Positions 9,659 to 19,987 are shown, counted from the first letter of the stretch. The stretch: 64,000 nt of DNA from Alphaproteobacteria bacterium (GCA_965261735.1 OZ253470.1:4096001-4160000), one strand, 5' to 3'. Notes: generated by a model from the sequence alone, not told the origin. Numbers and translations are program-made.

Positions 9659-10822
9659 CTAGGCGTAGTTCGCGCCGTTCAGAGCCGTCCACACCAGATT
9701 GTCGAAATGGTGGACCGCGTGCTCGCTGCGCCACGAGTGCTCGGCATCGACCATCAGCCGCCCATGGCGAAAGCCGCGCGAGCGCAGGCCGCGCTGCACG
9801 CTCTCGACAACGCCGATGTCCTGCGGCTGCACGACGTCTCGGAAGTTGTCCATCATCGCGACGTCGAGCGCGCTCGGCGGGACGGTGAGGCAGAGGTTGT
9901 CGATGTGTTCCACCGTGTGCGCCGGCGAGTGCGGGATGACGTGAAAGACCTGGAAGTTACTGTCGCCCTGGTGGGCCATGAACATGGTATTGGGCCACAA
10001 CCACCAAAGATAGACGTCCTGGAGGACGTCGTCGGGCGTGAAATCGTAGGGCAGGTTTTCCTTCTTGCGCGAGATGACGTCGGCGTTGCCGCGCACGACA
10101 TGGGTCGAGTAGAACGCGTGTTCCGTGGTCTCGAAGCTCGGCTCCATATATGAGTCCGCGGTGCCCATGACCCCGGGATGGACGGGCGGGCAGTGGTAGC
10201 ACTCGACGTAGTTGTCGACGACGAGCTTCCAGTTGCCGCCGACCTTGAAGGGGTCGCGACGCGCGAGTTTCAGGTCGTCGAAGTGGGGCACGGCGTCGCG
10301 GAACTCCTCGACCAGGCCGTGCGCCTGCTCGCTGAGCGATGGTGCGTCGTTGTCGAGGTTGACGAACACCATGTGGGCGAGCGTCTCGACGCGGACCTCG
10401 CTGAGGCAAAAGTCGTTGGCGTCGAAGTTGGCCACGGCATCGGCGTTGGCGGCCGCCTTGAGGTTACCCTCGGTATCGAAGGACCAGGCATGGTAGGGGC
10501 AGGTGATCACGCGCTTTCGCCCTTTGCCGGTGACGAGCTCATGGCCACGATGGCTGCACACATTGTAGAAGCCGCGCAGCTCGCCCACTCGCCCGCGCAC
10601 GACGAACACGCCTTGGTCGAGGATGCGGGTCGCGATGTAGTCGCCGTGCTCGACAAGGTCGTCGAGGTAGCCCGCGAACTGCCAGGACTTGTAGAAGATC
10701 TCGTCCTTCTCGCGGGCGAACACGCCTTCGTCACTGTAGTAGTGGGCCGGCAGCGTTGCCGAGCTCTCGGCCTCCGCGCGGAAAGTGTCGGGACCTGACG
10801 AGAGAGAATCACGTGCCGGCAT
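9659..10822 (-). CDS. Rieske non-heme iron oxygenase alpha subunit (CntA/choline monooxygenase-like); alternative start 10876
   Basis: Rieske ligands NVCSHRG...CPYHAW; mononuclear site DNYVECYHCPPVH and QD. Confidence 0.88.
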   Translation of the reverse strand: MPARDSLSSGPDTFRAEAESSATLPAHYYSDEGVFAREKDEIFYKSWQFAGYLDDLVEHGDYIATRILDQGVFVVRGRVGELRGFYNVCSHRGHELVTGKGRKRVITCPYHAWSFDTEGNLKAAANADAVANFDANDFCLSEVRVETLAHMVFVNLDNDAPSLSEQAHGLVEEFRDAVPHFDDLKLARRDPFKVGGNWKLVVDNYVECYHCPPVHPGVMGTADSYMEPSFETTEHAFYSTHVVRGNADVISRKKENLPYDFTPDDVLQDVYLWWLWPNTMFMAHQGDSNFQVFHVIPHSPAHTVEHIDNLCLTVPPSALDVAMMDNFRDVVQPQDIGVVESVQRGLRSRGFRHGRLMVDAEHSWRSEHAVHHFDNLVWTALNGANYA

Positions 10823-10905
10823 CGATGCGCCTCGTACGTTCGCCGGCCACCTCGGGTAGGCCGTATCGACCACCATGACTCACGACGGATGATGCGGTCA
10901 ACGCG

Positions 10906-11721
10906 CTAAAGCGTGGCTCCCGGCGCGGCCAGCGCGTGGGTGACGAGCTCGCGGGTCACGAAATCGAACGCATCGTCGACCGAGTCCGTGCGATAGACGA
11001 GGTTCAGGTCCTCGGCGTTGATGTGGCCGTACTTCACGAGGGCGTCGAACTTGACCACCTCGTCCCAGTACTCGGTGCCGAACAGCACGATCGGCAGGTG
11101 TTTGCGTATCTTTTGGGTCTGCAGGAGCGTGAGGAGTTCGAACAGCTCGTCCAACGTGCCGTACCCGCCGGGGAACACCAACACGGCCTTGGCCAGGTAG
11201 GAGAACCAGAACTTGCGCATGAAGAAGTAGTGGAAGTGAAAGCCGAGTTCGCGCGTGACGAAGTCGTTGCGAAACTCCTCGAACGCGATGGCGATGGTCA
11301 GGCCGACGCTAACCCCTTTGGCCTCCGAGGCGCCGCGGTTGGCGGCTTCCATGATGCCGGGTCCGCCGCCCGTGCACACGACAAAGCGCCGATATTCGGC
11401 GCCGAGCCCCTTGGACCACTCGGTGAGGCGGCGGGCGAGCTCGCGCGCCGCCTCGTAGTAGGCCGACATCTCAAGTCTCATGCGCGCCCGTTCCACGTCG
11501 CCGTCGCCCTTCGCCGCCGCGGCCACCTCAGCTTCCGCCTGGGTGCGCGACGCGATCCGCGCCGAGCCCATGAACACGATCGTGTCGTCCACCTTGTGAT
11601 GGGCGAAGCGGCTCAGCGGCTCCAGGTACTCCGACAGAATGCGCAAGGACCGCGCATCGCGGCTGTCGAGGAAATCGGGGTCCTTGTAGGCGTGCGTCGG
11701 CGGGCGTGGCTTACGGGACAT
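10906..11721 (-). CDS. LOG family nucleotide phosphoribohydrolase (TIGR00730-like)
   Basis: MGSAR, TGGGPGIMEAANRGA, FFMRK, PGGYGTLDE. Confidence 0.9.
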   Translation of the reverse strand: MSRKPRPPTHAYKDPDFLDSRDARSLRILSEYLEPLSRFAHHKVDDTIVFMGSARIASRTQAEAEVAAAAKGDGDVERARMRLEMSAYYEAARELARRLTEWSKGLGAEYRRFVVCTGGGPGIMEAANRGASEAKGVSVGLTIAIAFEEFRNDFVTRELGFHFHYFFMRKFWFSYLAKAVLVFPGGYGTLDELFELLTLLQTQKIRKHLPIVLFGTEYWDEVVKFDALVKYGHINAEDLNLVYRTDSVDDAFDFVTRELVTHALAAPGATL

Positions 11722-11821
11722 GGGCGCTCCGTGTTTTGCGGACTGGGCTGGTTACACCGTATCCAGGCCCCGACGCGCAAGCCCAATGTTGATCGCGGCC
11801 GGCTTTTCTTCCTTTGCCCGC

Positions 11822-11849
11822 GACGGGTTTGGCGGGGGCGTGGCGTGTA
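11822..11849 (+). promoter_or_regulatory. Candidate ECF-sigma promoter (GACGG-N17-CGT)
   Basis: ECF-like -35/-10 spacing ahead of the EF-hand gene; a related GACGGGTT precedes the sigma gene near 12415. Confidence 0.3.
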
Positions 11850-11901
11850 TAGGTGGAAAGCCTCCGACCGCCCGCGTGGCCCGATCAAGGAGACCGCCCC
11901 A

Positions 11902-12393
11902 ATGTTCGTTCCCAAGCAACTCGGCCTACAATCCGTGCTCGCCGTCGCCGTCGGCGCGCTCGTCGCCTTGAGCGCCGCCGAGGCGCTCGCACAAGCGGCC
12001 GGCGCGGCTGCTGCGCCTGCCGAGCGGCGTACGGCTCAGGCCCGGACCGATCACGCCGCGCGCCAGGCCGAGCGCTTTATGCAATTGTTCGATACCGACC
12101 GCGATGGCGCCGTCAGCGTCGAGGAGATTCTGGCCGAGCAGGGCCGCTTGTTCGTTGCCTCCGACGTCGACGGCGACGGCAAGCTCTCGACCGACGAGTT
12201 CCAGCGTCGCGGCCACTTGTTTCTCCGCCTCGGAAGCACCACCCTGTTCGATATGCTCGACGCCGATGGTAGCCGTGAGCTCACGAAGGAGGAGATCGAC
12301 GCGCCCTCGAGTCGCTGGTTTTCTCGTTACGACGCCGACGGCAATGGTACGATGAGCTCGGATGAGATTCGCGCCGGCCGAACGCGGCGGTGA
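11902..12393 (+). CDS. Exported EF-hand protein
   Basis: AAGGAG RBS, signal peptide, four EF loops DTDRDGAVS, DVDGDGKLS, DADGSRELT, DADGNGTMS. Confidence 0.88.
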   Translation: MFVPKQLGLQSVLAVAVGALVALSAAEALAQAAGAAAAPAERRTAQARTDHAARQAERFMQLFDTDRDGAVSVEEILAEQGRLFVASDVDGDGKLSTDEFQRRGHLFLRLGSTTLFDMLDADGSRELTKEEIDAPSSRWFSRYDADGNGTMSSDEIRAGRTRR

Positions 12394-12435
12394 GCCCAGG
12401 CCGCTTGGCGCGGGACGGGTTCGGGGCGCGTGCCC

Positions 12436-13032
12436 ATGGGGTCATCGGAGGCGAACGACTGCGAGGACGCAAACGCTGACGATCTCGACGATGTTCTGGT
12501 CCGCCGTATCGCGCTCGGCGACGGCACGGCTTGGCCAGTGCTGTTGAAGCGGCATTTGTCGCCGGTTATGGGATACGCCTGGTACGTGCTGCAGGATCAC
12601 GCCGCCGCAGAGGACGTGGCGCAGGAGACCTTCGTGCGCTTGCTCGGCAAAGTCGATAGCTGGCGCGCGGGTGGCCCCAAGCTGAGGACGTGGCTGTATC
12701 GAGTCGCAATGAACCTGTGCATCGATCGCCGCCGGGCGCGGCGTGAAGTCGCGCTCGACGAAACGATCGCGCCGCCCGATTCCGTCACCGACGGCAGGTC
12801 GCTGGAGCGTCGTACGGAGTTGACGGCAAAGGTCGGGAGCGCCCTAGCGCGGTTGCCGGAACGCCAGGCGCTGGCGCTCACCCTGGTTCACTACCAGGGA
12901 TTCACCCAGGATGAGGCGGCCCGCGTGCTCGAGGTCAGCGTTGCCGCGCTCGAATCGCTCCTGGCGCGCGGCCGGCGTACACTAAGGCGCGAGCTCGCAC
13001 CGATTGCGGCCGACCTGCTGGAGGAAGGGTAA
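12436..13032 (+). CDS. ECF sigma-70 factor
   Basis: AEDVAQETF, TWLYRVAMNLCID, region 4 LPERQ...ESLLARGRR. Confidence 0.92.
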   Translation: MGSSEANDCEDANADDLDDVLVRRIALGDGTAWPVLLKRHLSPVMGYAWYVLQDHAAAEDVAQETFVRLLGKVDSWRAGGPKLRTWLYRVAMNLCIDRRRARREVALDETIAPPDSVTDGRSLERRTELTAKVGSALARLPERQALALTLVHYQGFTQDEAARVLEVSVAALESLLARGRRTLRRELAPIAADLLEEG

Positions 13033-13532
13033 TGGCGGACCAAAAACACTCGCGGGCGGGCGCCGAACGGGCCATGACCCGCGAGCGCCTCCAGGCGCTA
13101 CTCGAGGCCTATGGTGCCGCGCTGGACCGGTGGCCGTCCGCCGAGCGCGGCGCCGCCGAGGCGCTGCTGGCACGCTCCGAGAGCGCCCGTGCGGCAAAGG
13201 CCGAAACGGGCCGGCTCGACGAACTTCTCGATCGGCTTCAGCCTCCGGCGCCGTCGCCCGCGCTGGCCGCGCGACTGGTGGCCCTGCGCGTTGCGCGCGC
13301 GCCTCGGCCCGCGCCGATTGCCGCCCTTCCGGCCCTAATGCGGCGACCCAAGGCCGTCGCACAGCTGTCACGGCCCGCGCTGTTTGTCGCCGCTAGCCTC
13401 CTTGGGCTCGCGGTCGGAATCGCGATGACGGTGATCGATGCGCAAGCGCCGCGGGGGGCGGCCGTCGACGTCACCGATTTCGCAGTCGGATCGACATCGG
13501 TCCAGATGGTTGGATTGTGGGGAGACGACTGA
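13032..13532 (+). CDS. Putative single-pass anti-sigma factor
   Basis: Coupled to the sigma gene; LEAYGAALDRWP N-terminal motif and one TM helix. Confidence 0.7.
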   Translation: MADQKHSRAGAERAMTRERLQALLEAYGAALDRWPSAERGAAEALLARSESARAAKAETGRLDELLDRLQPPAPSPALAARLVALRVARAPRPAPIAALPALMRRPKAVAQLSRPALFVAASLLGLAVGIAMTVIDAQAPRGAAVDVTDFAVGSTSVQMVGLWGDD

Positions 13533-14050
13533 TGGCGCTTCGAAGGCCGCACCAGTGGGCTCTCTGGCCGACCATGTCGGTTGCCCTCAACCTCTTTCTC
13601 GGTGGCGTACTGCTCGGCTACTGGCTGAGCAACGATCCGCCGCTCCAGGCATGGCCGCGCGGCGCGGGCATCGCCGCCCCCGGCTTTAGTGTGGCGGGAA
13701 TCCTCTTTGCCGTGCCCGAGGCCGCGCGCGAGGAGGCCGAGCGCATGTTGAGCGCCCGAGCGGGCGACATCGAGCGCGGTATCCGCTCGTTGCGGGAGGC
13801 ACAGGCCGGGGTTGTCGCGGCGATGGCACGCGAGCCTCACGATCCGGCGGGCGTGCAATCGGCCCTCCAGCAACTGCGGGCACGAAGCGGTGCTCTTCAG
13901 GCGGTCTTGCACCAGGCGCTCTCCGACATCGCCGGTGAGCTCGCCGGCGACGAGCGCGAACGGTTGGCGCGTGCGATCTTCGAGGGCGCCTTGCGTGGCA
14001 TCCCCTTGGCGTATCTCGAGTGGGCGCGCGCCGGCGGGCCTCTAACATGA
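13532..14050 (+). CDS. Periplasmic heavy-metal-sensor / Spy-CpxP-like protein
   Basis: SVALNLFLGG anchor, helical body ending DERERLA; typical ECF operon position. Confidence 0.7.
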   Translation: MALRRPHQWALWPTMSVALNLFLGGVLLGYWLSNDPPLQAWPRGAGIAAPGFSVAGILFAVPEAAREEAERMLSARAGDIERGIRSLREAQAGVVAAMAREPHDPAGVQSALQQLRARSGALQAVLHQALSDIAGELAGDERERLARAIFEGALRGIPLAYLEWARAGGPLT

Positions 14051-14060
14051 GCGAAGTCCG

Positions 14061-15683
14061 GTGAAGCGGACGGCCCTTTACGCGGCTGGCGCCGCCGCGC
14101 TCATCGTCGCCGGCGGCGTCCTGGTGTTCGCAGGCTCCGATGAGGAGGCGGTCACCTACCGCTTCGCCGTCGTGGAGCGCGGCGACATCGTGAGCGCCAT
14201 TTCGACGTCGGGCACCTTGGGCGCGCTCGTCACGGTCGAGGTCGGATCGCAGGTATCGGGCCAAGTTGCCGAATTGCACGCCGACTACAACACCGCGGTG
14301 AGCGAGGGGCAGCTGATCGCCCGCATCGATCCGCGAACCTTCGAGTCGCTCGTCCGCCAGGCCGAGGCCGAGCTCGCGATCGCGCGCGCCGGCCTCGCGG
14401 TTCAACGCGCCGCCCATGTCCGTGCCACGGCCGACGTCGCGAGCGCGGCAGCCTCGCTGCGTGTCGCCGGCGCCAACGCGGAGGATGCGCTGGCGACAAA
14501 AGCGGAGGCCGACCGCGAACTTCAAAGCAAGAGCGACCTGGTAAGTCGAGGTGTCGCCGCGACCCGCGACCTCGACAGGGCACGCGCCGATGCCGATGGC
14601 GCGGCCGCGAAGGTCCGCGCGGCCCAAGCCCAGATTGCCGTGCAAACGGCGGGCCTGCAGGCCGTTAAGGCAGCCGCCATGATGGCGGCGGCCCAGGTGG
14701 AGAACGCGCAAGCCCAGGTGCAGCATCGCAACGCGGCGCTCGATAAGGCCCGCGTCGATCTCGATCGCACCGCCATCCGCGCTCCGTTCGATGGCGTGGT
14801 GATCGACCGCGAGGTGAGCCTCGGCCAAACTGTGGCCGCGAGTCTCAACGCGCCGGTCCTGTTCACGATCGCCCAAGACCTGCGCCAGATGCAGGTTGAG
14901 GCCTCGGTCGACGAGGCCGACATCGGCCGTGTGCGCCCCGGCCAGCCGGTAAAATTCACCGTCGATGCCTATCCCGGCCGGAGCTTCGGCGGGCGCGTCG
15001 AGCAGGTGCGACAAAAGCCGCAGGTGGTGCAAAACGTCGTCACCTATACGGTGATTGTCTCCGCCGCCAATCCCGATTTCGCCCTACTTCCCGGCATGAC
15101 CGCCAACGTCGAGGTCGTCCTCGAGCGGCGTGCAGACGCGCTAAAGGTACCGAACGCGGCGCTCCGCTTTCGGCCGGCGAGCGAGCGATCGCCGGCCGGC
15201 GGGGAGGCCGTACAGGTGGCCGTCGCGGCGGCTCCCGCGGGGAGCGGCGGGCCCCTGGGGGCGCTGTCGGCACTCGACCTCGACGACGGCCAGCGTCGCC
15301 AAGTCCAGGCCTTGACCTCGGAGTTGCGCGAGCGCGCCCGATCGCTGCGCGCCGAGGGCGTGCCGGCGAGCGAAATCCGCGAGACGTTGCGGGGCGAGCG
15401 AGGGCAGCTGGTGGAGCGCCTGCGATCCATCCTCACGACCGATCAGTTCGCGCGCTTCGAGGCGGCGAACGCCGCCCGGAGGGGCGGCGAAGGGGTCTCG
15501 TCGGGGCGCGTGTGGACCGTGCAAGGCAACGGCGCGCCGGTCGCCGTGGCGATCCGCTACGGCGCGACCGATGGTAGTCATACCGAGATCGTGTCGGGGG
15601 AACTCGCGGCAGGCCAGCGCATCATCGTCGGCGCGAGCCGCCCGCCGGCGCAGCGCCGTGGACTTCCCGCGTTCCGGTTCTAG
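14061..15683 (+). CDS. MacA-like periplasmic adaptor subunit
   Basis: VEVGSQVSG, long coiled coil, IRAPFDGVV, VDEADIG, LLPGMTA. Confidence 0.9.
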   Translation: MKRTALYAAGAAALIVAGGVLVFAGSDEEAVTYRFAVVERGDIVSAISTSGTLGALVTVEVGSQVSGQVAELHADYNTAVSEGQLIARIDPRTFESLVRQAEAELAIARAGLAVQRAAHVRATADVASAAASLRVAGANAEDALATKAEADRELQSKSDLVSRGVAATRDLDRARADADGAAAKVRAAQAQIAVQTAGLQAVKAAAMMAAAQVENAQAQVQHRNAALDKARVDLDRTAIRAPFDGVVIDREVSLGQTVAASLNAPVLFTIAQDLRQMQVEASVDEADIGRVRPGQPVKFTVDAYPGRSFGGRVEQVRQKPQVVQNVVTYTVIVSAANPDFALLPGMTANVEVVLERRADALKVPNAALRFRPASERSPAGGEAVQVAVAAAPAGSGGPLGALSALDLDDGQRRQVQALTSELRERARSLRAEGVPASEIRETLRGERGQLVERLRSILTTDQFARFEAANAARRGGEGVSSGRVWTVQGNGAPVAVAIRYGATDGSHTEIVSGELAAGQRIIVGASRPPAQRRGLPAFRF

Positions 15684-15685
15684 GT

Positions 15686-16429
15686 ATGGCCGAACCGCTC
15701 ATCAGGACACTCGGCCTGGCGCGTGACTACAAGCTCGGGGACACCGTCGTTCGTGCCCTCGATGACGTTTCTATCGACGTCGAGCGCGGTGACTTCGTAG
15801 CGGTCATGGGCCCCTCGGGCTCCGGCAAATCGACCTTCATGAACCTCATCGGCTGCCTCGACCGCCCGACCGCGGGCCGCTACGTCCTCGACTCGGACGA
15901 TACCTCGACGCTGGAAGCCGCCGCGCTCGCCGCCATCCGCAACCGCAAGCTCGGCTTCGTCTTTCAGTCCTTCAACCTGTTGCCGCGTACCAGCGCGCTG
16001 GAGAACGTGGCTCTGCCGCTCACGTACGCCGGTACGCCCACCGCGTTGCGCCGCACCCGCGCCATCTCCAAGCTCGAGGCCGTCGGGCTTGGCACGCGCG
16101 TGCAGCACCAGCCCTCGCAGCTCTCGGGCGGCGAACAGCAACGAGTTGCCATAGCTCGCGCCCTCGTCAACGAACCTCTGCTGGTGCTCGCCGACGAGCC
16201 GACGGGCGCCCTCGACACGCAGACCGGAACCGAAATCATGAACCTGCTCGCGGAACTGAACGTGGGCGGCATCACGGTCATCGTCGTCACCCACGAGGCC
16301 TCTGTCGCGGCCCACGCGCGGCGCGTCATTCACTTCCGCGACGGCCGTGTGGTCGCCGACGAGGCGGCCGGCGGAACTGGGGCCGCGCGCGATGGCGCCT
16401 ACCCTGCATCGGTAGGGGTAGCCCGGTGA
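15686..16429 (+). CDS. MacB/LolD-type ABC ATP-binding protein
   Basis: [34 protein letters not shown]. Confidence 0.93.
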   Translation: MAEPLIRTLGLARDYKLGDTVVRALDDVSIDVERGDFVAVMGPSGSGKSTFMNLIGCLDRPTAGRYVLDSDDTSTLEAAALAAIRNRKLGFVFQSFNLLPRTSALENVALPLTYAGTPTALRRTRAISKLEAVGLGTRVQHQPSQLSGGEQQRVAIARALVNEPLLVLADEPTGALDTQTGTEIMNLLAELNVGGITVIVVTHEASVAAHARRVIHFRDGRVVADEAAGGTGAARDGAYPASVGVAR

Positions 16430-17658
16430 GCCTGTCGGCGATGGTGCTTACCGCCCTCGGGGCGCTGCGCGTGAACGCGATGCGCAGCGCGCTCGCCATG
16501 CTCGGCATTATCATCGGCGTCGCCGCGGTCATCACCATGGTCGCCATCGGCGCCGGCGCGCAGGACCGTGTCGCCGCGCAGATCCAGAGCCTGGGCGCCA
16601 ACCTCATCATCGTCTTCAACGGCTCGGTGACATCGGGCGGAGCCCGCCTAGGGCGCGGGTCGGCGCCCCGGCTTACGGAGGGCGACGCTCAGGCGCTGGA
16701 GCAGGAGATCGCCGGCATCGAAGCGGTCGCGCCGACGCTGCGTGGCAACGTCCAGTTCGTGGCCGGCAATCTCAACTGGTCGGCGACCACGCAGGGCACG
16801 ACGCCGGGGTATCTGGTGGCCCGCGACTGGGACCTTGTGGCCGGCCGCGTGTTCACGGGCGAGGAAGCCCGCGGCGCCGCTAAGGTCGTCGTGATCGGGC
16901 AAACGGTGGTCGAGAACCTGTTCGCCGACGCCGACCCGATCGGCGCGACGGTGCGCCTCAGGAAGGTCCCGTTCACGGTCATCGGGGTGCTCGCGCGCAA
17001 AGGCCAGAATTCGTGGGGTCAGGATCAGGACGACTTCGCGATCATCCCGCTCTCGACCGCCCGTAAGCGCGTCATCGGCGCTTATCGTGGTCAGCCCGAC
17101 ACGGTGAGGTCGATCCTGGTCAAGGTATTTAACGCCGATCTCATGGCCGAGACGGAAAAGGAGATCGCCGGGTTGTTGCGTCAGCGCCATCGGATTCGGC
17201 CTGGGCAACCCGACGATTTCGTTGTCCGCAATCTCTCGGAACTAATGGCGGCGCGCGAGGCGTCGCAGCGCATCTTGGCGCTGCTGCTGGCCGCGGTGGC
17301 ATCGGTGTCGCTGGTCGTCGGCGGCATCGGCATCATGAACATCATGCTCGTCTCGGTGACGGAACGCACCCGCGAGATCGGCCTGCGGATGGCGGTGGGC
17401 GCGCGGCCGCGGGACATCCTGCGGCAATTCCTCATCGAGGCGGCGACGCTGTCTCTGATTGGCGGTTTGATCGGCGTTGCGCTCGGGCTCGCGGGCTCGG
17501 GGGCTATCGCCAAGCTCGCCGGATGGCCGGCCCTGGTGCAGCCCTCGGCGCTGGCACTGGCGTTCTTTTTCGCTGGAGGAGTCGGTGTCTTCTTCGGCTA
17601 CTACCCGGCGCGCAAGGCTGCCCGCCTCAACCCCATCGAAGCCCTGCGCTACGAATAG
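16426..17658 (+). CDS. MacB/FtsX-type ABC permease
   Basis: LGIIIGVAAV, GGIGIMNIMLVSVTERTREIG, NPIEALRYE. Confidence 0.93.
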   Translation: MSLSAMVLTALGALRVNAMRSALAMLGIIIGVAAVITMVAIGAGAQDRVAAQIQSLGANLIIVFNGSVTSGGARLGRGSAPRLTEGDAQALEQEIAGIEAVAPTLRGNVQFVAGNLNWSATTQGTTPGYLVARDWDLVAGRVFTGEEARGAAKVVVIGQTVVENLFADADPIGATVRLRKVPFTVIGVLARKGQNSWGQDQDDFAIIPLSTARKRVIGAYRGQPDTVRSILVKVFNADLMAETEKEIAGLLRQRHRIRPGQPDDFVVRNLSELMAAREASQRILALLLAAVASVSLVVGGIGIMNIMLVSVTERTREIGLRMAVGARPRDILRQFLIEAATLSLIGGLIGVALGLAGSGAIAKLAGWPALVQPSALALAFFFAGGVGVFFGYYPARKAARLNPIEALRYE

Positions 17659-17664
17659 GCACCC

Positions 17665-19035
17665 CTAGAGCGAGTTGAGAAAAGCGATCAGCGCGGCGCG
17701 CGCGGACGCCTCGAGGCCTGAAAAGCTCATCCTCGCCGCCTCGGCCTCGCCGCCATGCCACAGGATCGCCTCGCTCAAATTCCGCGCGCGCCCGTCGTGC
17801 AGGAAGAACGTGTGGCCGTTGACCGCGCCCACGAGTCCGATACCCCACAACGGCGGGGTGCGCCACTCGCGCCCGTTGGCCTCGAAGTCGGGGCGGCCGT
17901 CGGCAAGGCCATCGCCCATGTCGTGGAGCAGCAGGTCGGTGAACGGATGGATCGTCTGGCTCGCCAACTCCGGGAGTGCCGCGTCGGCACCCGTGGCCAG
18001 CGTCGGTACATGGCAGGCGGTGCAACCCGCCTCGAGAAAGAATTGCTCGCCACGGCGCACGTCGGGGTCGTCGACGTTGCGCCGAAGGGGCACTGCCAGT
18101 GTTCGCGTGTACAGAGTCAGCTGGTCGAGCGTGGCGTCGTCCATTTCCGGGCTGCCGCCGGTGGGGGCGGCGCGGCAATCGCCCTGCGCAGCCGGGCAGT
18201 TCTCGCCCGGAAAGAGCGAGGTGGTGATTCCCATGTCGCCCAGCGCCGCCGCCGCATTCTGATCCTCGAGCGTCGCGACGTTGGCCTTCCACCCGAAGCG
18301 GCCGAGCGCGAATGCCTCGCGACGAGCGCTCCACACCCGGTTGACGCGTCCGGAGATTCCGTCGCCGTCCGCGTCGCCGGGATCGGCGAGGGCGCGCATG
18401 AGACGCTCGGGAACCGCCTCGATGAGGCCGAGCCCAATCATCGCGGGCGCCACGCGGGCCGATGCCATGACGTCCGCCGGCAACGACCCGAAGGCAAGAT
18501 CGGCGAACACCACACGCGGCCTGCGCAAGTTGAAGGACTCCCCGTCCGCAAGGCGTCCCGCCATCTCATCGTAGACGATCACCGCTCGCCCTTCCGGCCT
18601 CACCCCCAGGATGGCGCGATCGTTGAGCTGGTCGCCGTAGCCCGGCACCGGCTGGGGACCTCCGTGTGGGCTAGTCCCGCCGGCACTCAGGCGCACCAGC
18701 ATGGATCGCATGCGCGCATCGGTAGTGGCCGGCGGCCGGCCGCGGCCGTCGTGCTCGTGGCACGTCTTGCACGCGGCCTGGTTGAACGTGGGGCCGAGGC
18801 CGTCGAAGGCGTTGCGCGCCGAGGGCGCAATGACCCAGTTGGTGTTGAATACCCGGTTGCCGAACCGGAAGGCCGCTTGGTGGTCAGGTCGCAGGTTGGC
18901 GGCGGGATGGGTGAACGCCATGTTCCCGCTCGCCGCTACGCTCGTGCTGCCACCAAGTGCGGCGCCGACGGGTATCTCGGCGCCCGCGTGCGGCGTCACG
19001 ACTCCGGCGAGCCCGAGCACCACCGCAACGATCAT
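17665..19035 (-). CDS. Di-heme oxidoreductase (DHOR family), exported; alternative start 19080
   Basis: Two CxxCH (CKTCH, CTACH), DGLGPTFN, GRFGWKA, TDLLLHDMG, WRTPPLWG, LHDGRAR. Confidence 0.88.
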   Translation of the reverse strand: MIVAVVLGLAGVVTPHAGAEIPVGAALGGSTSVAASGNMAFTHPAANLRPDHQAAFRFGNRVFNTNWVIAPSARNAFDGLGPTFNQAACKTCHEHDGRGRPPATTDARMRSMLVRLSAGGTSPHGGPQPVPGYGDQLNDRAILGVRPEGRAVIVYDEMAGRLADGESFNLRRPRVVFADLAFGSLPADVMASARVAPAMIGLGLIEAVPERLMRALADPGDADGDGISGRVNRVWSARREAFALGRFGWKANVATLEDQNAAAALGDMGITTSLFPGENCPAAQGDCRAAPTGGSPEMDDATLDQLTLYTRTLAVPLRRNVDDPDVRRGEQFFLEAGCTACHVPTLATGADAALPELASQTIHPFTDLLLHDMGDGLADGRPDFEANGREWRTPPLWGIGLVGAVNGHTFFLHDGRARNLSEAILWHGGEAEAARMSFSGLEASARAALIAFLNSL

Positions 19036-19105
19036 CGCGCGCGCGAGCGCACCCGCCAGGCGCGCGGCTGGATCAGCCATGACGCCGGACCCTATAATCG
19101 AGCGA

Positions 19106-19987
19106 ATGAAAGCGGCACGCCCGCGCCGGCCCGCTCGGCCTTCGCCCCCACCTTCCGTTGCCGAAGCTGCGCGCGACGAGTTGTCCGCGCCCGATCTTCC
19201 CTCCGCGCTTGAGCGCTTCGACGACATCGCCTCGCGGGCACAGGCGAAGACCGTGGTTGTCTTCCTCGACTACGACGGCACCCTGGCGCCGATTGCCGAT
19301 CGCCCCGAGCTCGCTCGTTTGGCGCCGGACATGCGGGCCACAGTCGAGGAGCTGGCCAAGCACTGTACCGTGGCCGTCGTCAGCGGCCGCGATCTCGCCG
19401 ACATCCGCAAGCTCATTCGTATCGACGGCTTGTTCTATGCCGGCGGCCACGGCTTCGACATCGCCGATCCGGTAGCGCGTAAGAGCGCCGCGCGGCGCCG
19501 GCTTACCTACGCCCCCATATTGCGCCGCGCCGCCCGCGACTTGCGCTCGCGCTTGCGCCTCGTCGAGGGCGCCCTGATCGAAGCCAAGAAGTTCTCGGTG
19601 GCCGTGCACTATCGCCTGACCCCCGGTTCGGCGGGTGCTCTCGTTGAGGCGGCGGTCGACGAGGTCCTCGAGCGCCACCCGGAACTGCGCAAACGGCACG
19701 GCAAGAAGGTACTCGAGCTGCAGCCCGCCATCGACTGGGACAAGGGCAAGGCGACCCTGTGGATGCTCGAAGCCTTCGCACTCGGTGGCGACGACGTCCT
19801 TCCCTTCTTCATCGGCGACGACGTGACCGACGAAGACGCATTCGCGGCGCTGGCGGGGCACGGCGTCGGCGTTGCGGTCGGCTTCCGGCTGCACCCCACG
19901 GCCGCCTCGTACACGCTGGCCGATCCCAGTGAGGTCAAGATCTTCCTCCAAAAGCTGACACAGGTCGTCAGCGGACGCGGTGACTGA
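19106..19987 (+). CDS. otsB: Trehalose-6-phosphate phosphatase
   Basis: HAD motif [31 protein letters not shown]. Confidence 0.9.
   Translation: MKAARPRRPARPSPPPSVAEAARDELSAPDLPSALERFDDIASRAQAKTVVVFLDYDGTLAPIADRPELARLAPDMRATVEELAKHCTVAVVSGRDLADIRKLIRIDGLFYAGGHGFDIADPVARKSAARRRLTYAPILRRAARDLRSRLRLVEGALIEAKKFSVAVHYRLTPGSAGALVEAAVDEVLERHPELRKRHGKKVLELQPAIDWDKGKATLWMLEAFALGGDDVLPFFIGDDVTDEDAFAALAGHGVGVAVGFRLHPTAASYTLADPSEVKIFLQKLTQVVSGRGD

Noticed and set aside
10936-11901. 485-aa version of the EF-hand ORF
   Set aside because: The extension is the antisense shadow of the LOG gene; RBS and signal peptide point to 11902
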